Assembly: GCA_001821015.1 (NCBI GenBank)
Contig: MHRQ01000020.1
Span: 44,977-108,976, forward strand
Reading direction: 5' to 3'
Length of the DNA stretch: 64,000 nt
Source: Candidatus Taylorbacteria bacterium RIFCSPHIGHO2_02_FULL_46_13
GTDB lineage: Bacteria; Patescibacteriota; Minisyncoccia; Phycocordibacterales; DSPV01
The position numbers were made by a program, and so were the translations under genes. Below, one piece after another: positions 18,724 through 28,261 of the stretch (its first letter is position 1; the number at the start of each line of letters is the position of its first letter). Below the pieces are notes generated by a model, which had not been told where the DNA came from, made no database searches, and saw only the letters and a list, made by a program, of their open reading frames with translations.

Positions 18724-20043
18724 TTACGTAAAGTCATTAATAATTTGTATAACATGGTCGACCTCTTCTTCAGTAAGCTCGGGGAATAAAGGTAATGAGA
18801 CAATCTTTCCCGCGTTTGCTTCTGTGCGAGGCAGCGAACCCTCTGCATACCCGAGGAAGTTGTATGCTTTTTGCAGGTGGATGGGGGTGGGGTAGTGGAT
18901 GCCGTAGCCGATGCCTTTTGTTTTGAGGTATTCAAGAAATCTTTCTCGCGTGTCAACCTTAATCACGAAGAGATGGAAGATATGTGATGCGTTTGGCCTC
19001 GTGCGCGGGAGTTCTATCAGAGGGTTTTTTATTTCTTTGCTATAGCGACTTGCAATCTCTTGACGTTTTTGATTATACACATCAAGGTGTGGCAATTTTA
19101 CTCGAAGTATTGCGGCTTGTATCTCATCAAGGCGGCTGTTGTATCCTTCAAAATTTGCGTGATACGAACCCTCCATGCCGTACATTCTAAGCGCCCGGCA
19201 TTTATCCGCGGTTAGTTTGTCATGGGTGAGTATCAGGCCACCATCCCCCAACGCTCCCAAGTTTTTAGTCGGGTAAAAACTGAAACAGGCGGCATCTCCA
19301 AAACTTCCGACTTTTTTATTTCCAATCATCGCTCCGCTTGATTGAGCGCAATCCTCCACGACTTTCAAATGATGTTTGTGTGCGATTTTCATCACCGCTT
19401 CCATATCTGCTCCTTGCCCATACAGATGTACAGGAACGATAGCCCTCGTTTTTTTTGTTATGGCAGCTTCAAGTTTTAAGACGTCCATCAGAAAATATTC
19501 ATCAACGTCTACAAATACAGGTGTGGCCTCTACTTCTCTGATTGCGCTTGCGGTTGGGGTTGCTGTGTTTGAGACCGTGATGACTTCATCTCCCGTGCCT
19601 ATTCCCAATGCCTTGAGAGCGATTTTAAGGGCGTCAGTGCAGGAATTCACCCCAACCCCATATTGCATGCCTATATACGAACTAAATTCAGTCTCAAACG
19701 CTTCCACTTCTTTTCCCATGACGAATTTTCCTGAGTCTAGCACTCTTTGTATCGCGGAAGTAAGCTCATAGCCGAGCTCCTTGATTTGTCTGGTTGCGTT
19801 GAAAAATGGAACTGCCGTTAAGACGGAAGGATTAAACATACGCCCGTTCTCCGCACGTGTCTTTTTTGAGTTTATTGCCAAGCGAGTGAGCGGAGAGAAA
19901 AAGTATCTTCTTTTTATCTCCCGAGCGAGCGATGGCAACAAAGGGTTTACTACCCCACGGCTTGCCGCGGGTGAGTACGCGGGGAGCGTGTCCCTCATGC
20001 GGGGCTTGCCCCGCGGTATAATACCCTTTATTTTTTTAGGCAT
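18724..20043 (-). CDS. DegT/DnrJ/EryC1/StrS sugar aminotransferase (FdtB-like) carrying a 52-aa element-derived N-terminal insert
   Basis: [21 protein letters not shown] and [10 protein letters not shown] motifs; adjacent to an FdtA-like gene. Confidence 0.92.
   Translation of the reverse strand: MPKKIKGIIPRGKPRMRDTLPAYSPAASRGVVNPLLPSLAREIKRRYFFSPLTRLAINSKKTRAENGRMFNPSVLTAVPFFNATRQIKELGYELTSAIQRVLDSGKFVMGKEVEAFETEFSSYIGMQYGVGVNSCTDALKIALKALGIGTGDEVITVSNTATPTASAIREVEATPVFVDVDEYFLMDVLKLEAAITKKTRAIVPVHLYGQGADMEAVMKIAHKHHLKVVEDCAQSSGAMIGNKKVGSFGDAACFSFYPTKNLGALGDGGLILTHDKLTADKCRALRMYGMEGSYHANFEGYNSRLDEIQAAILRVKLPHLDVYNQKRQEIASRYSKEIKNPLIELPRTRPNASHIFHLFVIKVDTRERFLEYLKTKGIGYGIHYPTPIHLQKAYNFLGYAEGSLPRTEANAGKIVSLPLFPELTEEEVDHVIQIINDFT
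19871..20031 (+). mobile_element. Structured element, long form (156 bp plus duplicated TTTAT), copy 1, in frame within the aminotransferase ORF
   Basis: TTTAT at 19871 and 20027; close match to 24093-24253. Confidence 0.85.
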
Positions 20044-20441
20044 TTTTTGAATTCCTCGTAGTTTCTAATGTAATCTTTTTCATCATAGAGACTGTCAAAG
20101 AGGGCGAGTGTGACGGTATCTTTTTTGAAATTTTTCATAACGTGCCATACATACGGTTCAAGCACGAGACCTTCTTCCGGATGTGAAAGCGTCACGGTGG
20201 TTTTTTCAGCGCCGTTGTCCAATTCTACATCACATCCTCCTGAAAGAACCATAAAAACCTGTCTGCTCTGGTGATGAGTGTGAGCACCTCTCGGCTCGCT
20301 ACTTTCTGTGCATTTAGTTACGAGAGTTCTCTTTATGGTAAACGGAACCTCGCCCGCGTTCTTTCCTTCTTGAAACATAGTGAGAGCTCCATTTTTGGTT
20401 TCAAAGGATGGGAATTTTATTATGGTATAGAGTTTTTTCAT
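20028..20441 (-). CDS. fdtA: dTDP-6-deoxy-3,4-ketohexulose isomerase, FdtA/QdtA cupin
   Basis: RGAHTH, WHVM and [10 protein letters not shown] motifs. Confidence 0.85.
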   Translation of the reverse strand: MKKLYTIIKFPSFETKNGALTMFQEGKNAGEVPFTIKRTLVTKCTESSEPRGAHTHHQSRQVFMVLSGGCDVELDNGAEKTTVTLSHPEEGLVLEPYVWHVMKNFKKDTVTLALFDSLYDEKDYIRNYEEFKKCLKK

Positions 20442-21463
20442 AGTAATTGTTTAGTTTTTATTTTTTTCAACAGGGGCGACAAGATTGTTTTTACTAATCT
20501 GCGGCCTGGGTAGTATATTGAGTTGTTAAAAAATTGTTCGCTGTTCTGCTTGAATCCGGGCCGTACTATTACTCCATACTGCCAGTCAGGTTCTACCGTT
20601 CTTACGCTCTCAAGCATTTGGTAGAGGCATTGTGCATAGGGTTTGTACATGAGATCTTTCGCAGGCGATGAGCGTGTATACTCACGAAACGTTTGTGGCC
20701 CATAGGGCAGAATCATTGATCTCGGGTATAGTCCAAAGCCTGAAAAATGGAAGAATACAAGCTTGTCTGGGCCCACATACACCTCTTTTTCTTTCGTGTA
20801 GATGGGCATTCCCTGAATGTTCCATGGTGCCACATTTGCCCCTCGGTTTTTTAATATATACACGCCCTTGAATTTCTCTTCAAAATAATCAAGATACCCT
20901 TGGTCGTCATAGTGTCCAGGTCTTTCCGTGTCGTCACAGTATAAGTTACATTGCATACGCCACCAATGGAGGCACTCAAGCGCGTATGTGTCATTTCGAA
21001 AGATGAGCATGCCAACATTGTATGTACCCACCTCTTTTTCTTTTGCTTTACGTGTAGCCACAAGATTGTGTGGAATTATCATAATGGAATGAGCTCCCAT
21101 TTCTTTGTAAATAATTTCTGGTGAAGAAAAGAAATATAAATCAGCATCAAGATAGGTAATATGTTCAACATTTTTGTAGGTGAGGATATAAAGCGGGAGG
21201 GAGGGGGAGATGGTAAAGAAGTATTTTCTTTGACTACGAGTTTTTTTAATTTCTTTCAACTCGTCATCTTCAAATTCTTTTAGCGTTATCAACTGAACGT
21301 TTTGCAAACGTAATTTTTCAAGTGTCTGGTAGGTGAGGTCATCCATGCACAAAATCCAGAGGGTAAATTTTCCTATGTGTGTACTCAAAGAGTGATGAAG
21401 AGCCAAGCCTTTTATAAGAAAGCCTTTATCAAAAAGCGTACAAAAATTGAGATGTGCATTCAT
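20438..21463 (-). CDS. Putative glycosyltransferase (GT-A, DxD)
   Basis: FCTLFD, YLDADLYFFS, DQGYLD, NVAPWN and FFHFSG motifs. Confidence 0.75.
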   Translation of the reverse strand: MNAHLNFCTLFDKGFLIKGLALHHSLSTHIGKFTLWILCMDDLTYQTLEKLRLQNVQLITLKEFEDDELKEIKKTRSQRKYFFTISPSLPLYILTYKNVEHITYLDADLYFFSSPEIIYKEMGAHSIMIIPHNLVATRKAKEKEVGTYNVGMLIFRNDTYALECLHWWRMQCNLYCDDTERPGHYDDQGYLDYFEEKFKGVYILKNRGANVAPWNIQGMPIYTKEKEVYVGPDKLVFFHFSGFGLYPRSMILPYGPQTFREYTRSSPAKDLMYKPYAQCLYQMLESVRTVEPDWQYGVIVRPGFKQNSEQFFNNSIYYPGRRLVKTILSPLLKKIKTKQLL

Positions 21464-22428
21464 TGTTGTAGAATCCCTTTTAACATCTTTTTTGTGGTAT
21501 GTAGTACCCTCAATATCTTTCCAGCAACACGATTGTAGCGATATCGTTGATTGACGAGCTTTTTGCTTTCAGCGGCGAGTTCTTGGAACAGAGGGTCATT
21601 AAATAAGGCGCTTCCTCTTTCTGCAATCTCAAGAGCGAACCCGTCTTGTCTTTTCAATGTGGCAAAAATCCACATCAGTAAATATTCTCGAATGGTAAAG
21701 CTTTTGTCAGTCATTTCATTTACAAATGACATTTCTATCCAGCCCGGAGCTTCAGAGGTCGCAGTACTCAGTGCTCTGTTTTCTGATGCGGAGAGTGATT
21801 TTTTTATCTCATTCTTTAGGCGTCTGACACCCATCACTCTCATAGTAGTCATCCAAAAAGGCATCTTTTCCATATACCGCAAAACCTGCCAAGCCTTGTC
21901 TTCACCATGGTACGCGTCAATAATCCCGGGTTCAAAGTCAGCCACCATCACTGTATAGGCGAGCGACCCTATGCTCTGGAAAAGACTTAAATCGGTTCCC
22001 TGTGAGTCAGTTTTGAACCAATCAATCCTATCAAGCTTGATTTCGGAGAGCACGTCGTTTATATTTTCAGCCTTACGCGTGACTCTTTTTTCTACTTCAA
22101 ACCGTGGACCTATGATCCAGTGCGCAGTTTTTTCGGTATCTGGTTTCAAGGTGCTTGAACAGAAAGGTGAGGCGGTAAGATAAAAGTCAGCTGTTTTTTC
22201 TTTACCAGGGATAACAACTGAATCGCGAATGTAGAGCTCTTTGAAAGGGGAAGTGTTTTCGGTAAGGTGTTTCATTTCTCGGCTATCGGGATCAAAGGCA
22301 ATACAAATGGAATAGGGAGCGATTTCTTTCCAAGGGCCATATACTTCTCCCGACGCTCCAATATCAAGCAACACAGGCGGTCTCGCTCTCAATTCATTTC
22401 TATTGAGTATGGTTTGAATGATGTTCAT
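21460..22428 (-). CDS. FkbM-like methyltransferase
   Basis: LLDIGASG, AFDPD and DWFKTDSQG motifs. Confidence 0.7.
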   Translation of the reverse strand: MNIIQTILNRNELRARPPVLLDIGASGEVYGPWKEIAPYSICIAFDPDSREMKHLTENTSPFKELYIRDSVVIPGKEKTADFYLTASPFCSSTLKPDTEKTAHWIIGPRFEVEKRVTRKAENINDVLSEIKLDRIDWFKTDSQGTDLSLFQSIGSLAYTVMVADFEPGIIDAYHGEDKAWQVLRYMEKMPFWMTTMRVMGVRRLKNEIKKSLSASENRALSTATSEAPGWIEMSFVNEMTDKSFTIREYLLMWIFATLKRQDGFALEIAERGSALFNDPLFQELAAESKKLVNQRYRYNRVAGKILRVLHTTKKMLKGILQQ

Positions 22429-23252
22429 TTTATTTTAAATATAAAACCTTTGTCAGTTGCGGTTTCTTTACCAAGGTTGATATCTCCGGCGAGTGCTTTC
22501 CAATCGGCAACTATTTCATAGTCTGACGTAAAGAAACGAAGAAACTTTCTTTCATTAAGAAACCGCGCAGGATAGCTTGCATCATAGACTTTTGGTGAAG
22601 ATTTTTGAATCGTAATGCGGTCTGGTGTATTTCCTGTAAAGAAAGGGGTTCTATCCACAATAATGTATTGCGGGCGCAACTCTTTGATTGTATGCAGGAG
22701 GTCGTACGGTTTTTCAAGATATGGAAGCACGCTCGAAAGCAGTATCACCTGTGGGTGTACTACAGCAGCGCAATTTTTTAAGTCATCATAAAATTTCAAA
22801 TGTTCATCAGCGAGGTGTTGGTTTCCGAATTGGACGAAATGTTTCTGCTCAACGATACTCCAGGTAAGAGGTCTCACGTGTGAGAGGAAGTTTTTGTTTT
22901 GGTAATAACTGGAACCTAATGATCCTCCAATATCAATGGCGCTTAAGGTGTTTTCATTCACACTGGCAATCCACAGTAGTCCCGCAAGCACAGGCCATGA
23001 ATATTCTATGTGATCAAAATTAACCGAGTCGCGTTCAAAGGCGGCTTCACCATGTTTGACTCTTAGTGCCGCATTTTTCACTTTCTCCAGAATGAGAGGT
23101 GTATCATAGCCAGTGGTTAGGGTTCGTGCCTCGCTCCATGTCTTGTAGTCCCCGCTGTATTGTTTGGGTTGCGGATGTGCAATAGAATGAGCCATATCCC
23201 AGATTATTGGAGGTGTCATCGCCTTTATGATTTTTAATGGATATCGTTTCAT
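22425..23252 (-). CDS. Putative methyltransferase (TIGR04325-like)
   Basis: AFERDSV, DIGGSLGSSYYQ and WSIVEQ motifs. Confidence 0.75.
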   Translation of the reverse strand: MKRYPLKIIKAMTPPIIWDMAHSIAHPQPKQYSGDYKTWSEARTLTTGYDTPLILEKVKNAALRVKHGEAAFERDSVNFDHIEYSWPVLAGLLWIASVNENTLSAIDIGGSLGSSYYQNKNFLSHVRPLTWSIVEQKHFVQFGNQHLADEHLKFYDDLKNCAAVVHPQVILLSSVLPYLEKPYDLLHTIKELRPQYIIVDRTPFFTGNTPDRITIQKSSPKVYDASYPARFLNERKFLRFFTSDYEIVADWKALAGDINLGKETATDKGFIFKIK

Positions 23253-24286
23253 TTTTTATTTAATACTTCATCCAGATTTTTGCGAGGGAAAACATCCAAA
23301 AGTCCTCCCCGAGTAGCATTCATAACGAGCACCTCGCGCACAGTTGCATACCGCTTGATTTCTTTGTAGATATTCCAGAGTCTTACATAGGATTCAAATT
23401 CTGTTCCCAGATCGGTACCCCACTGGTTTAGGCCCGTTCGAGTAAGCTCGCTCTCATTTTCGGCGTAAAAATGTCGGTTTTCTCCATAGTGTAATATCCA
23501 GTCATGGTCGCAACCTACTAGATAGATTTCTTTCGCTCCGCTATAGAGTGCTAAGTATATTGCTTGGTGTGCAACTGTCTGTATAAGTGGAATTTGTTTT
23601 GTGTACTCAATAGGACTCTCCGCTGAAATTTGGCTTTGTGAAAACACATAAAAATAAATCCGTTGTTTCTTGAGCAGTTTGAATTCTTGCGACAAGGAGC
23701 GGTCATGTACAGACATCATGACTTTTTGCCCCTCGGGCAGGTGTCTTTCGGCATCCTCCAGCCACGCCTTCATTTGTTCTTTTGTGATCGGAGCATGTGA
23801 TTCTGAAAAGACATGATATTCCGGTTTAATAATCTTAAAATCAGGATGCACAAAGAAATTACTGACGCTAATACAGAATTCTCCCTCTAGTTTCTTAAGG
23901 TCTTGCGTTTTTATTGAGGGGCCGCAGGCGAGAATAAAGCACCGCTTTCCGAGAAACTTGTTTTTAAGCTCGGCGTTTGGTTTGAGTTTCTGTCGGTGGC
24001 GAAGATAGAACAGGTATTTGCGCAGAGCATGTTTCTGTGTTCGGTAGAAATCTGCAAGTTCAATGAACAGTGGCCCAACCACGGTAAGTCTTTTTATTGC
24101 CAAGCGAGTGAGTGGAGAGAAAAAGTATCTTCTTTTTCTCTCCCGAGCGAGCGACGGCAACAAAGGGTTTACTACCCCACGGCTTGCCGCGGGTGAGTAC
24201 GCGCACAGCGCGTTTTTCATGCGGGGCTTGCCCCGCGGTATAATACCCTTTATAAATCCTCGAATAGTCGGGTTTTTTTCAGTCAT
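23249..24286 (-). CDS. DUF115/Maf-like putative nonulosonate transferase carrying a 52-aa element-derived N-terminal insert
   Basis: RCFILACGPS, EIYLVGCDH and NATRGGLLDVF motifs. Confidence 0.7.
   Translation of the reverse strand: MTEKNPTIRGFIKGIIPRGKPRMKNALCAYSPAASRGVVNPLLPSLARERKRRYFFSPLTRLAIKRLTVVGPLFIELADFYRTQKHALRKYLFYLRHRQKLKPNAELKNKFLGKRCFILACGPSIKTQDLKKLEGEFCISVSNFFVHPDFKIIKPEYHVFSESHAPITKEQMKAWLEDAERHLPEGQKVMMSVHDRSLSQEFKLLKKQRIYFYVFSQSQISAESPIEYTKQIPLIQTVAHQAIYLALYSGAKEIYLVGCDHDWILHYGENRHFYAENESELTRTGLNQWGTDLGTEFESYVRLWNIYKEIKRYATVREVLVMNATRGGLLDVFPRKNLDEVLNKK
24093..24253 (+). mobile_element. Structured element, long form, copy 2, in frame within the CDS
   Basis: TTTAT at 24093 and 24249 (156 bp apart); encodes nearly the same peptide as copy 1. 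Confidence 0.85.
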
Positions 24287-24295
24287 GGGGTTTTT

Positions 24296-24988
24296 CTATT
24301 TTTTGTGACATACACCATAAAAACAGGTAGTCAGCACTCCGGTACTCAAGGTTGCTTTGTGGGTGAGTAACTCTACGTTTCCAGCTCCAAAGTGGTCTGT
24401 AAGAAGAGCCAAGAAATCATTTCGCGTGAGCTCGTACTTGTGATACGGATTATGCATGCTGGGGCCGGATTTCCCGGTAGGGTTTTCAGGCGAACTTACA
24501 ATAAGTGTGCCGCCAGGCTTAAGAGCGTTTAAAAAAGCTTTGATAAGTGGCCCTTGGTATTTTGATTCTATGTGTTCAATCCCCTCAATACAGCCGATGA
24601 CGTTAAACTGTGCGGAGGGCAATTCAGGATTTGTTAGATCTCCCGACAAGAACGAAGTTGTCTTATTTCCGTATATCCGACGCGCGTATTCAATCGTAAT
24701 AGCATCGTCATCCATGCCTTTATACACGATTCCAAACGGCGCAAGTATCTCTGCCGCGTATCCGCTCCCGCATGGGAAGTCTAAGACATGGTCGTTGGGG
24801 CGGCAGTAAAAACCCACGAGCGAATACCGTCCTTTATGCCGCACCACTGAATCTTTCATGTCGGCTGACGGGACGTCGCTTTTTTGTACAGAAACATGTG
24901 TGCCGTCAGGCATATCAAATTCAAGGCCTCTAAGGTAGAGTCGTTCGGGGTCAGCCGCAGTCCGTATGATGTTCTCTGTGCGCTTCAT
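24296..24988 (-). CDS. Class I SAM-dependent methyltransferase
   Basis: VLDFPCGSGY, EGIEH, LKPGG and NPYH motifs. Confidence 0.85.
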   Translation of the reverse strand: MKRTENIIRTAADPERLYLRGLEFDMPDGTHVSVQKSDVPSADMKDSVVRHKGRYSLVGFYCRPNDHVLDFPCGSGYAAEILAPFGIVYKGMDDDAITIEYARRIYGNKTTSFLSGDLTNPELPSAQFNVIGCIEGIEHIESKYQGPLIKAFLNALKPGGTLIVSSPENPTGKSGPSMHNPYHKYELTRNDFLALLTDHFGAGNVELLTHKATLSTGVLTTCFYGVCHKK

Positions 24989-24995
24989 ACGATAG

Positions 24996-25658
24996 TTATG
25001 GTTTTACAATAAAAGATGGAATATGGCTCCATGGAAATTTCTCAATTCTGACGTTCATTTTCGCAAAGAAATCATCCACAGCCTTTGTCTCCCCGGGGAA
25101 CGTTCCATAGTCGTCAAAGGCGATGATTCCGCCTCTCACCACACGCAGGTAGAGCGTTTCAAGGATTGTTTTGGCTGGTTCATAAATGTCAGTGTCTATA
25201 TGCAGTAAGGCAATTTTGAGGTGGGGATTGTCGCGCAGATAGCGCGGCACGGTCTTTACAACATCGCCGGCTACCAGTTCTACGTTTGTGATTTTTTTCG
25301 CATCAAGGATATGCTCGAGTGCCGTGGTGCTCAACGCTTCGTTGCCGGCACTAGAGACAAAACGTTGCAAGTATTTTTTATCGTCCTTGAATTTTGTTGG
25401 GGGTACTTTGCCAAACGTATCAAATCCGATGATCTTTCGGCTGTGGGGAGTTTCCACTAGATTTCTAAACGTCGCGAATTGAATGAGAGAGTTTCCCTTA
25501 AAAACCCCGCATTCAACGACTGCACCCGGCAGGTCGGCGATTTTCTTATACAACTCATAGTGTGCGAGAATTTTCCCCATACGGTCAATGCCGCTGGTCA
25601 TCATGAATCCATTTTCATATTCAAACACCGAATTATTTTTTACTACGGGTTTTTTCAT
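24996..25658 (-). CDS. TylF/MycF/NovP-family sugar O-methyltransferase
   Basis: VVECGVFKG, GFDTF, LLHIDTDIYEP and FDDY motifs. Confidence 0.88.
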   Translation of the reverse strand: MKKPVVKNNSVFEYENGFMMTSGIDRMGKILAHYELYKKIADLPGAVVECGVFKGNSLIQFATFRNLVETPHSRKIIGFDTFGKVPPTKFKDDKKYLQRFVSSAGNEALSTTALEHILDAKKITNVELVAGDVVKTVPRYLRDNPHLKIALLHIDTDIYEPAKTILETLYLRVVRGGIIAFDDYGTFPGETKAVDDFFAKMNVRIEKFPWSHIPSFIVKP

Positions 25659-26527
25659 TTTGGTTTGTATTTTAATTTCTTTCTTTGTTCTTTTTCGACC
25701 GGAAGAATAGGTTCACGTTTAAAGGAGAGGGAAATGTGCGTAGCATGTAAATTGCGAGCCAGTTTGGATAATCCTTGTGGTTCAAGCGATGCGGCATGGT
25801 CGGTACCTTTCCATGTTCTATTTTTAGTAAAGTGTCGTTCAACCCACACTGCTCCGAGGGTGTATGCCGCTATGTCTATCGCAATGCCATTATGATGTCC
25901 CGAGAACCCGATTTCTTTTACGCGTTCCCCATAGGTTTCCTTTAGCCGTGTTATTTCAAGCAGGCTCACGTCTTTAAAATCAACAGGGTATCCCGACGTA
26001 CATGCATAGAGCACCAGGCGTTTCTTTGCCGCTCCGGTTTTCTCAAAGAAGGCGACGAGCGCTTCTTCTTCTTTCGGCGTTGTCATTCCGACCGACACAT
26101 GGATATCTCCTTTATATGTATCGCGCAAGAGCTCTAGCATCTTGAAATGATTGTTACTTGCGGAAGGGACTTTTATAAATCGGGGATTAAGACGGATTAT
26201 TTCTTTTGCCGATGTTACGTCCCAGACTGATGATGAATATTCAATACCGATTTTTTGAGCATACGTTAGCAGTTTTTCATGGTCTGCGACGCTAAACTCA
26301 AGATATTCGCGATGGGCTCCGTAGGTATTTCCAAATGAATTTTGCGGGTTTGGATGGGGGGTTTGGTACTGTTTTTTTGTCAGAAGTTCTCTTGGATTTC
26401 TCTTTTGGAATTTGACGACGTCCGCGCCAGAATCTTTTGCAAGCTTAATAAGTTCTTTGGCAATCTCAATATCGCCCATATGGTTGCATCCGATTTCCGC
26501 GATTACGTTAGGTTTTTTGTATTTCAT
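25655..26527 (-). CDS. neuB: NeuB-family nonulosonate synthase, short form without C-terminal SAF domain
   Basis: IAEIGCNHMGD, VKFQKR, GFSGH, ERHFT and DHAASLEP motifs. Confidence 0.9.
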   Translation of the reverse strand: MKYKKPNVIAEIGCNHMGDIEIAKELIKLAKDSGADVVKFQKRNPRELLTKKQYQTPHPNPQNSFGNTYGAHREYLEFSVADHEKLLTYAQKIGIEYSSSVWDVTSAKEIIRLNPRFIKVPSASNNHFKMLELLRDTYKGDIHVSVGMTTPKEEEALVAFFEKTGAAKKRLVLYACTSGYPVDFKDVSLLEITRLKETYGERVKEIGFSGHHNGIAIDIAAYTLGAVWVERHFTKNRTWKGTDHAASLEPQGLSKLARNLHATHISLSFKREPILPVEKEQRKKLKYKPK

Positions 26528-27198
26528 AACCCTTTAATTTTTTTGAATAGTTCTTCTGCGCCCGCCCAGTCTTCGGGAGTATCAATATCAATTGATTGTT
26601 CAGGTTTCATTTCAAACATGCCGATTGAGCCCCCAAGAAAATTCTTATGATTTTGCAAGGTTGATTTCCTGGTGATGTAGAACGCACCATTCTCGGTGAT
26701 AGTTCCTTCAAAATCTTGCGTTCGGGGCCGTTCGTTCGGGTTGTAATTGAGAGGCTTTCCATTTTTTGTCCAATAGAACCGTTTGTGCAAAGTCCCGGTA
26801 ACTAAGGCGTCATTTTTTTTCTCTTCAAGTGTTTCAATGGCGCGGTCTATGTCGTCTCTCGTAGTGAGGGGGTTGGTTGCGTGCAGGATTACCAATATAT
26901 CAAACGGGACTTGTGTCATGAAGTGTAGGTGGACGAGCTCTTCGGGGGTGGTATCTTGCGCTAGTTCTTTAGGGCGGTGGCTGATCGTAAGATTCAGTCC
27001 TTGTGCGGCCATGGTTTGTTTAATCTTTTCATCTTCTGTAGAGACGTGGATCGCATCAATATATTTTGATTGTTTTGCGGCATGCGCAACCCAATAGGCC
27101 AAAGGTCTTCCGTGGAAGGTTTTAATGTTTTTACCGGGAATCCTTTTTGAATTTCCCCGAAGCGGGATGATCGCGACGACTTTTTTATTATTAATCAT
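26524..27198 (-). CDS. neuA: CMP-nonulosonate synthetase (NeuA family)
   Basis: IPLRGNSKRIPGKN, ENGAFY and IDIDTPEDW motifs; start ATG 27198. Confidence 0.9.
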   Translation of the reverse strand: MINNKKVVAIIPLRGNSKRIPGKNIKTFHGRPLAYWVAHAAKQSKYIDAIHVSTEDEKIKQTMAAQGLNLTISHRPKELAQDTTPEELVHLHFMTQVPFDILVILHATNPLTTRDDIDRAIETLEEKKNDALVTGTLHKRFYWTKNGKPLNYNPNERPRTQDFEGTITENGAFYITRKSTLQNHKNFLGGSIGMFEMKPEQSIDIDTPEDWAGAEELFKKIKGL

Positions 27199-28258
27199 GG
27201 TGTTTTTTGATTTGTTTACGGTACATCCATCGGGCCACGTGATAGATACCGGGTAGAGAGCGTAACGTTTCCGCAACAATCTGTGGGACTGCGCGTCGTT
27301 TCATTTCCGGCTTAAGCATTACCCGTTCTGCAACACATGGGGTATCAGCGTTTGCGTTGCAAAAGTCAGCCATAACCGCGAATATATTGTATGTGTTGAG
27401 CGTGAGTTCTCGCGCTATTTTGATCGCTTTAGTCCGCTTTTCATATACATGTTCAATAATCGCTTGTTCAATGATTTCAATTGATTTGTGGGGGTCATCC
27501 ACGTCTACTCTGATAAATGCTTCCGGGCTGTAATATGTTTCTAGATCCGGGCATCCATAGTAGAAGGGGAACGTATGTCCAAGATACACGTCTCCAATTC
27601 CAGTGACATACCCAGGCACATACGCGTTCTCAATCATTACATAGTATTGGTAAGGAGCAATGCCGTCCATTTTATCGCTAATGCGATTGATTCCATTACC
27701 AAATACATCCATCGTATCTTTAAAGTGTTCTTTCAACGCGCTGATGAATGCATGGCGTTTGCGTTGGCCAGGCGCGCGATTTTTTGATGCATTAACAACG
27801 GCAAGAAGCTTTGTTTTTTCTGGCACGCGCATGGTCTTATAGGTATTATACGTGGTGAAATATCTTTTAAAATCTTTCGGGTCTACTCCAGAGCCTGTGC
27901 CGAAATGTCCAACCATCCATGGTGCTACTTGGCGGCGTATAAGGTGTGGGTGGTGTATCTCTGGGTGAGCACTGATAATATACCCAAATTGCTCAATAAA
28001 CTTCCGTGCGTATTTTTTGATGTCCGGGTTTCCTTCTCCCGTCATCAATACCGTGCGGTTTTTTGGTCCGTATGCACGGGTCGGTTTTTCTAAGTTGTTC
28101 CACACGAACCACCAGTCAAACGCTGTTTCAGATTCATCAGTGATAAACTCGCAGTTCCCCCATACTCCCTTGGAACCAGGCGTTTGTCGTAGGTACGGTA
28201 TGTCAGGATACTGACTGCTGAATTTTACTCTTATTTTTTTATGTGTGAGAGTCTCCAT
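27191..28258 (-). CDS. GT10-like glycosyltransferase
   Basis: RQTPGSKGVWG, DKMDGIAPYQYYVMIEN and PFYYGCP motifs. Confidence 0.75.
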   Translation of the reverse strand: METLTHKKIRVKFSSQYPDIPYLRQTPGSKGVWGNCEFITDESETAFDWWFVWNNLEKPTRAYGPKNRTVLMTGEGNPDIKKYARKFIEQFGYIISAHPEIHHPHLIRRQVAPWMVGHFGTGSGVDPKDFKRYFTTYNTYKTMRVPEKTKLLAVVNASKNRAPGQRKRHAFISALKEHFKDTMDVFGNGINRISDKMDGIAPYQYYVMIENAYVPGYVTGIGDVYLGHTFPFYYGCPDLETYYSPEAFIRVDVDDPHKSIEIIEQAIIEHVYEKRTKAIKIARELTLNTYNIFAVMADFCNANADTPCVAERVMLKPEMKRRAVPQIVAETLRSLPGIYHVARWMYRKQIKKHHD

Positions 28259-28261
28259 ACG

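Noticed and set aside
19871-20031. Intein or self-splicing intron explanation for the 52-aa insert
   Set aside because: No Cys/Ser start or His-Asn end, and too short for a group I or II intron core.
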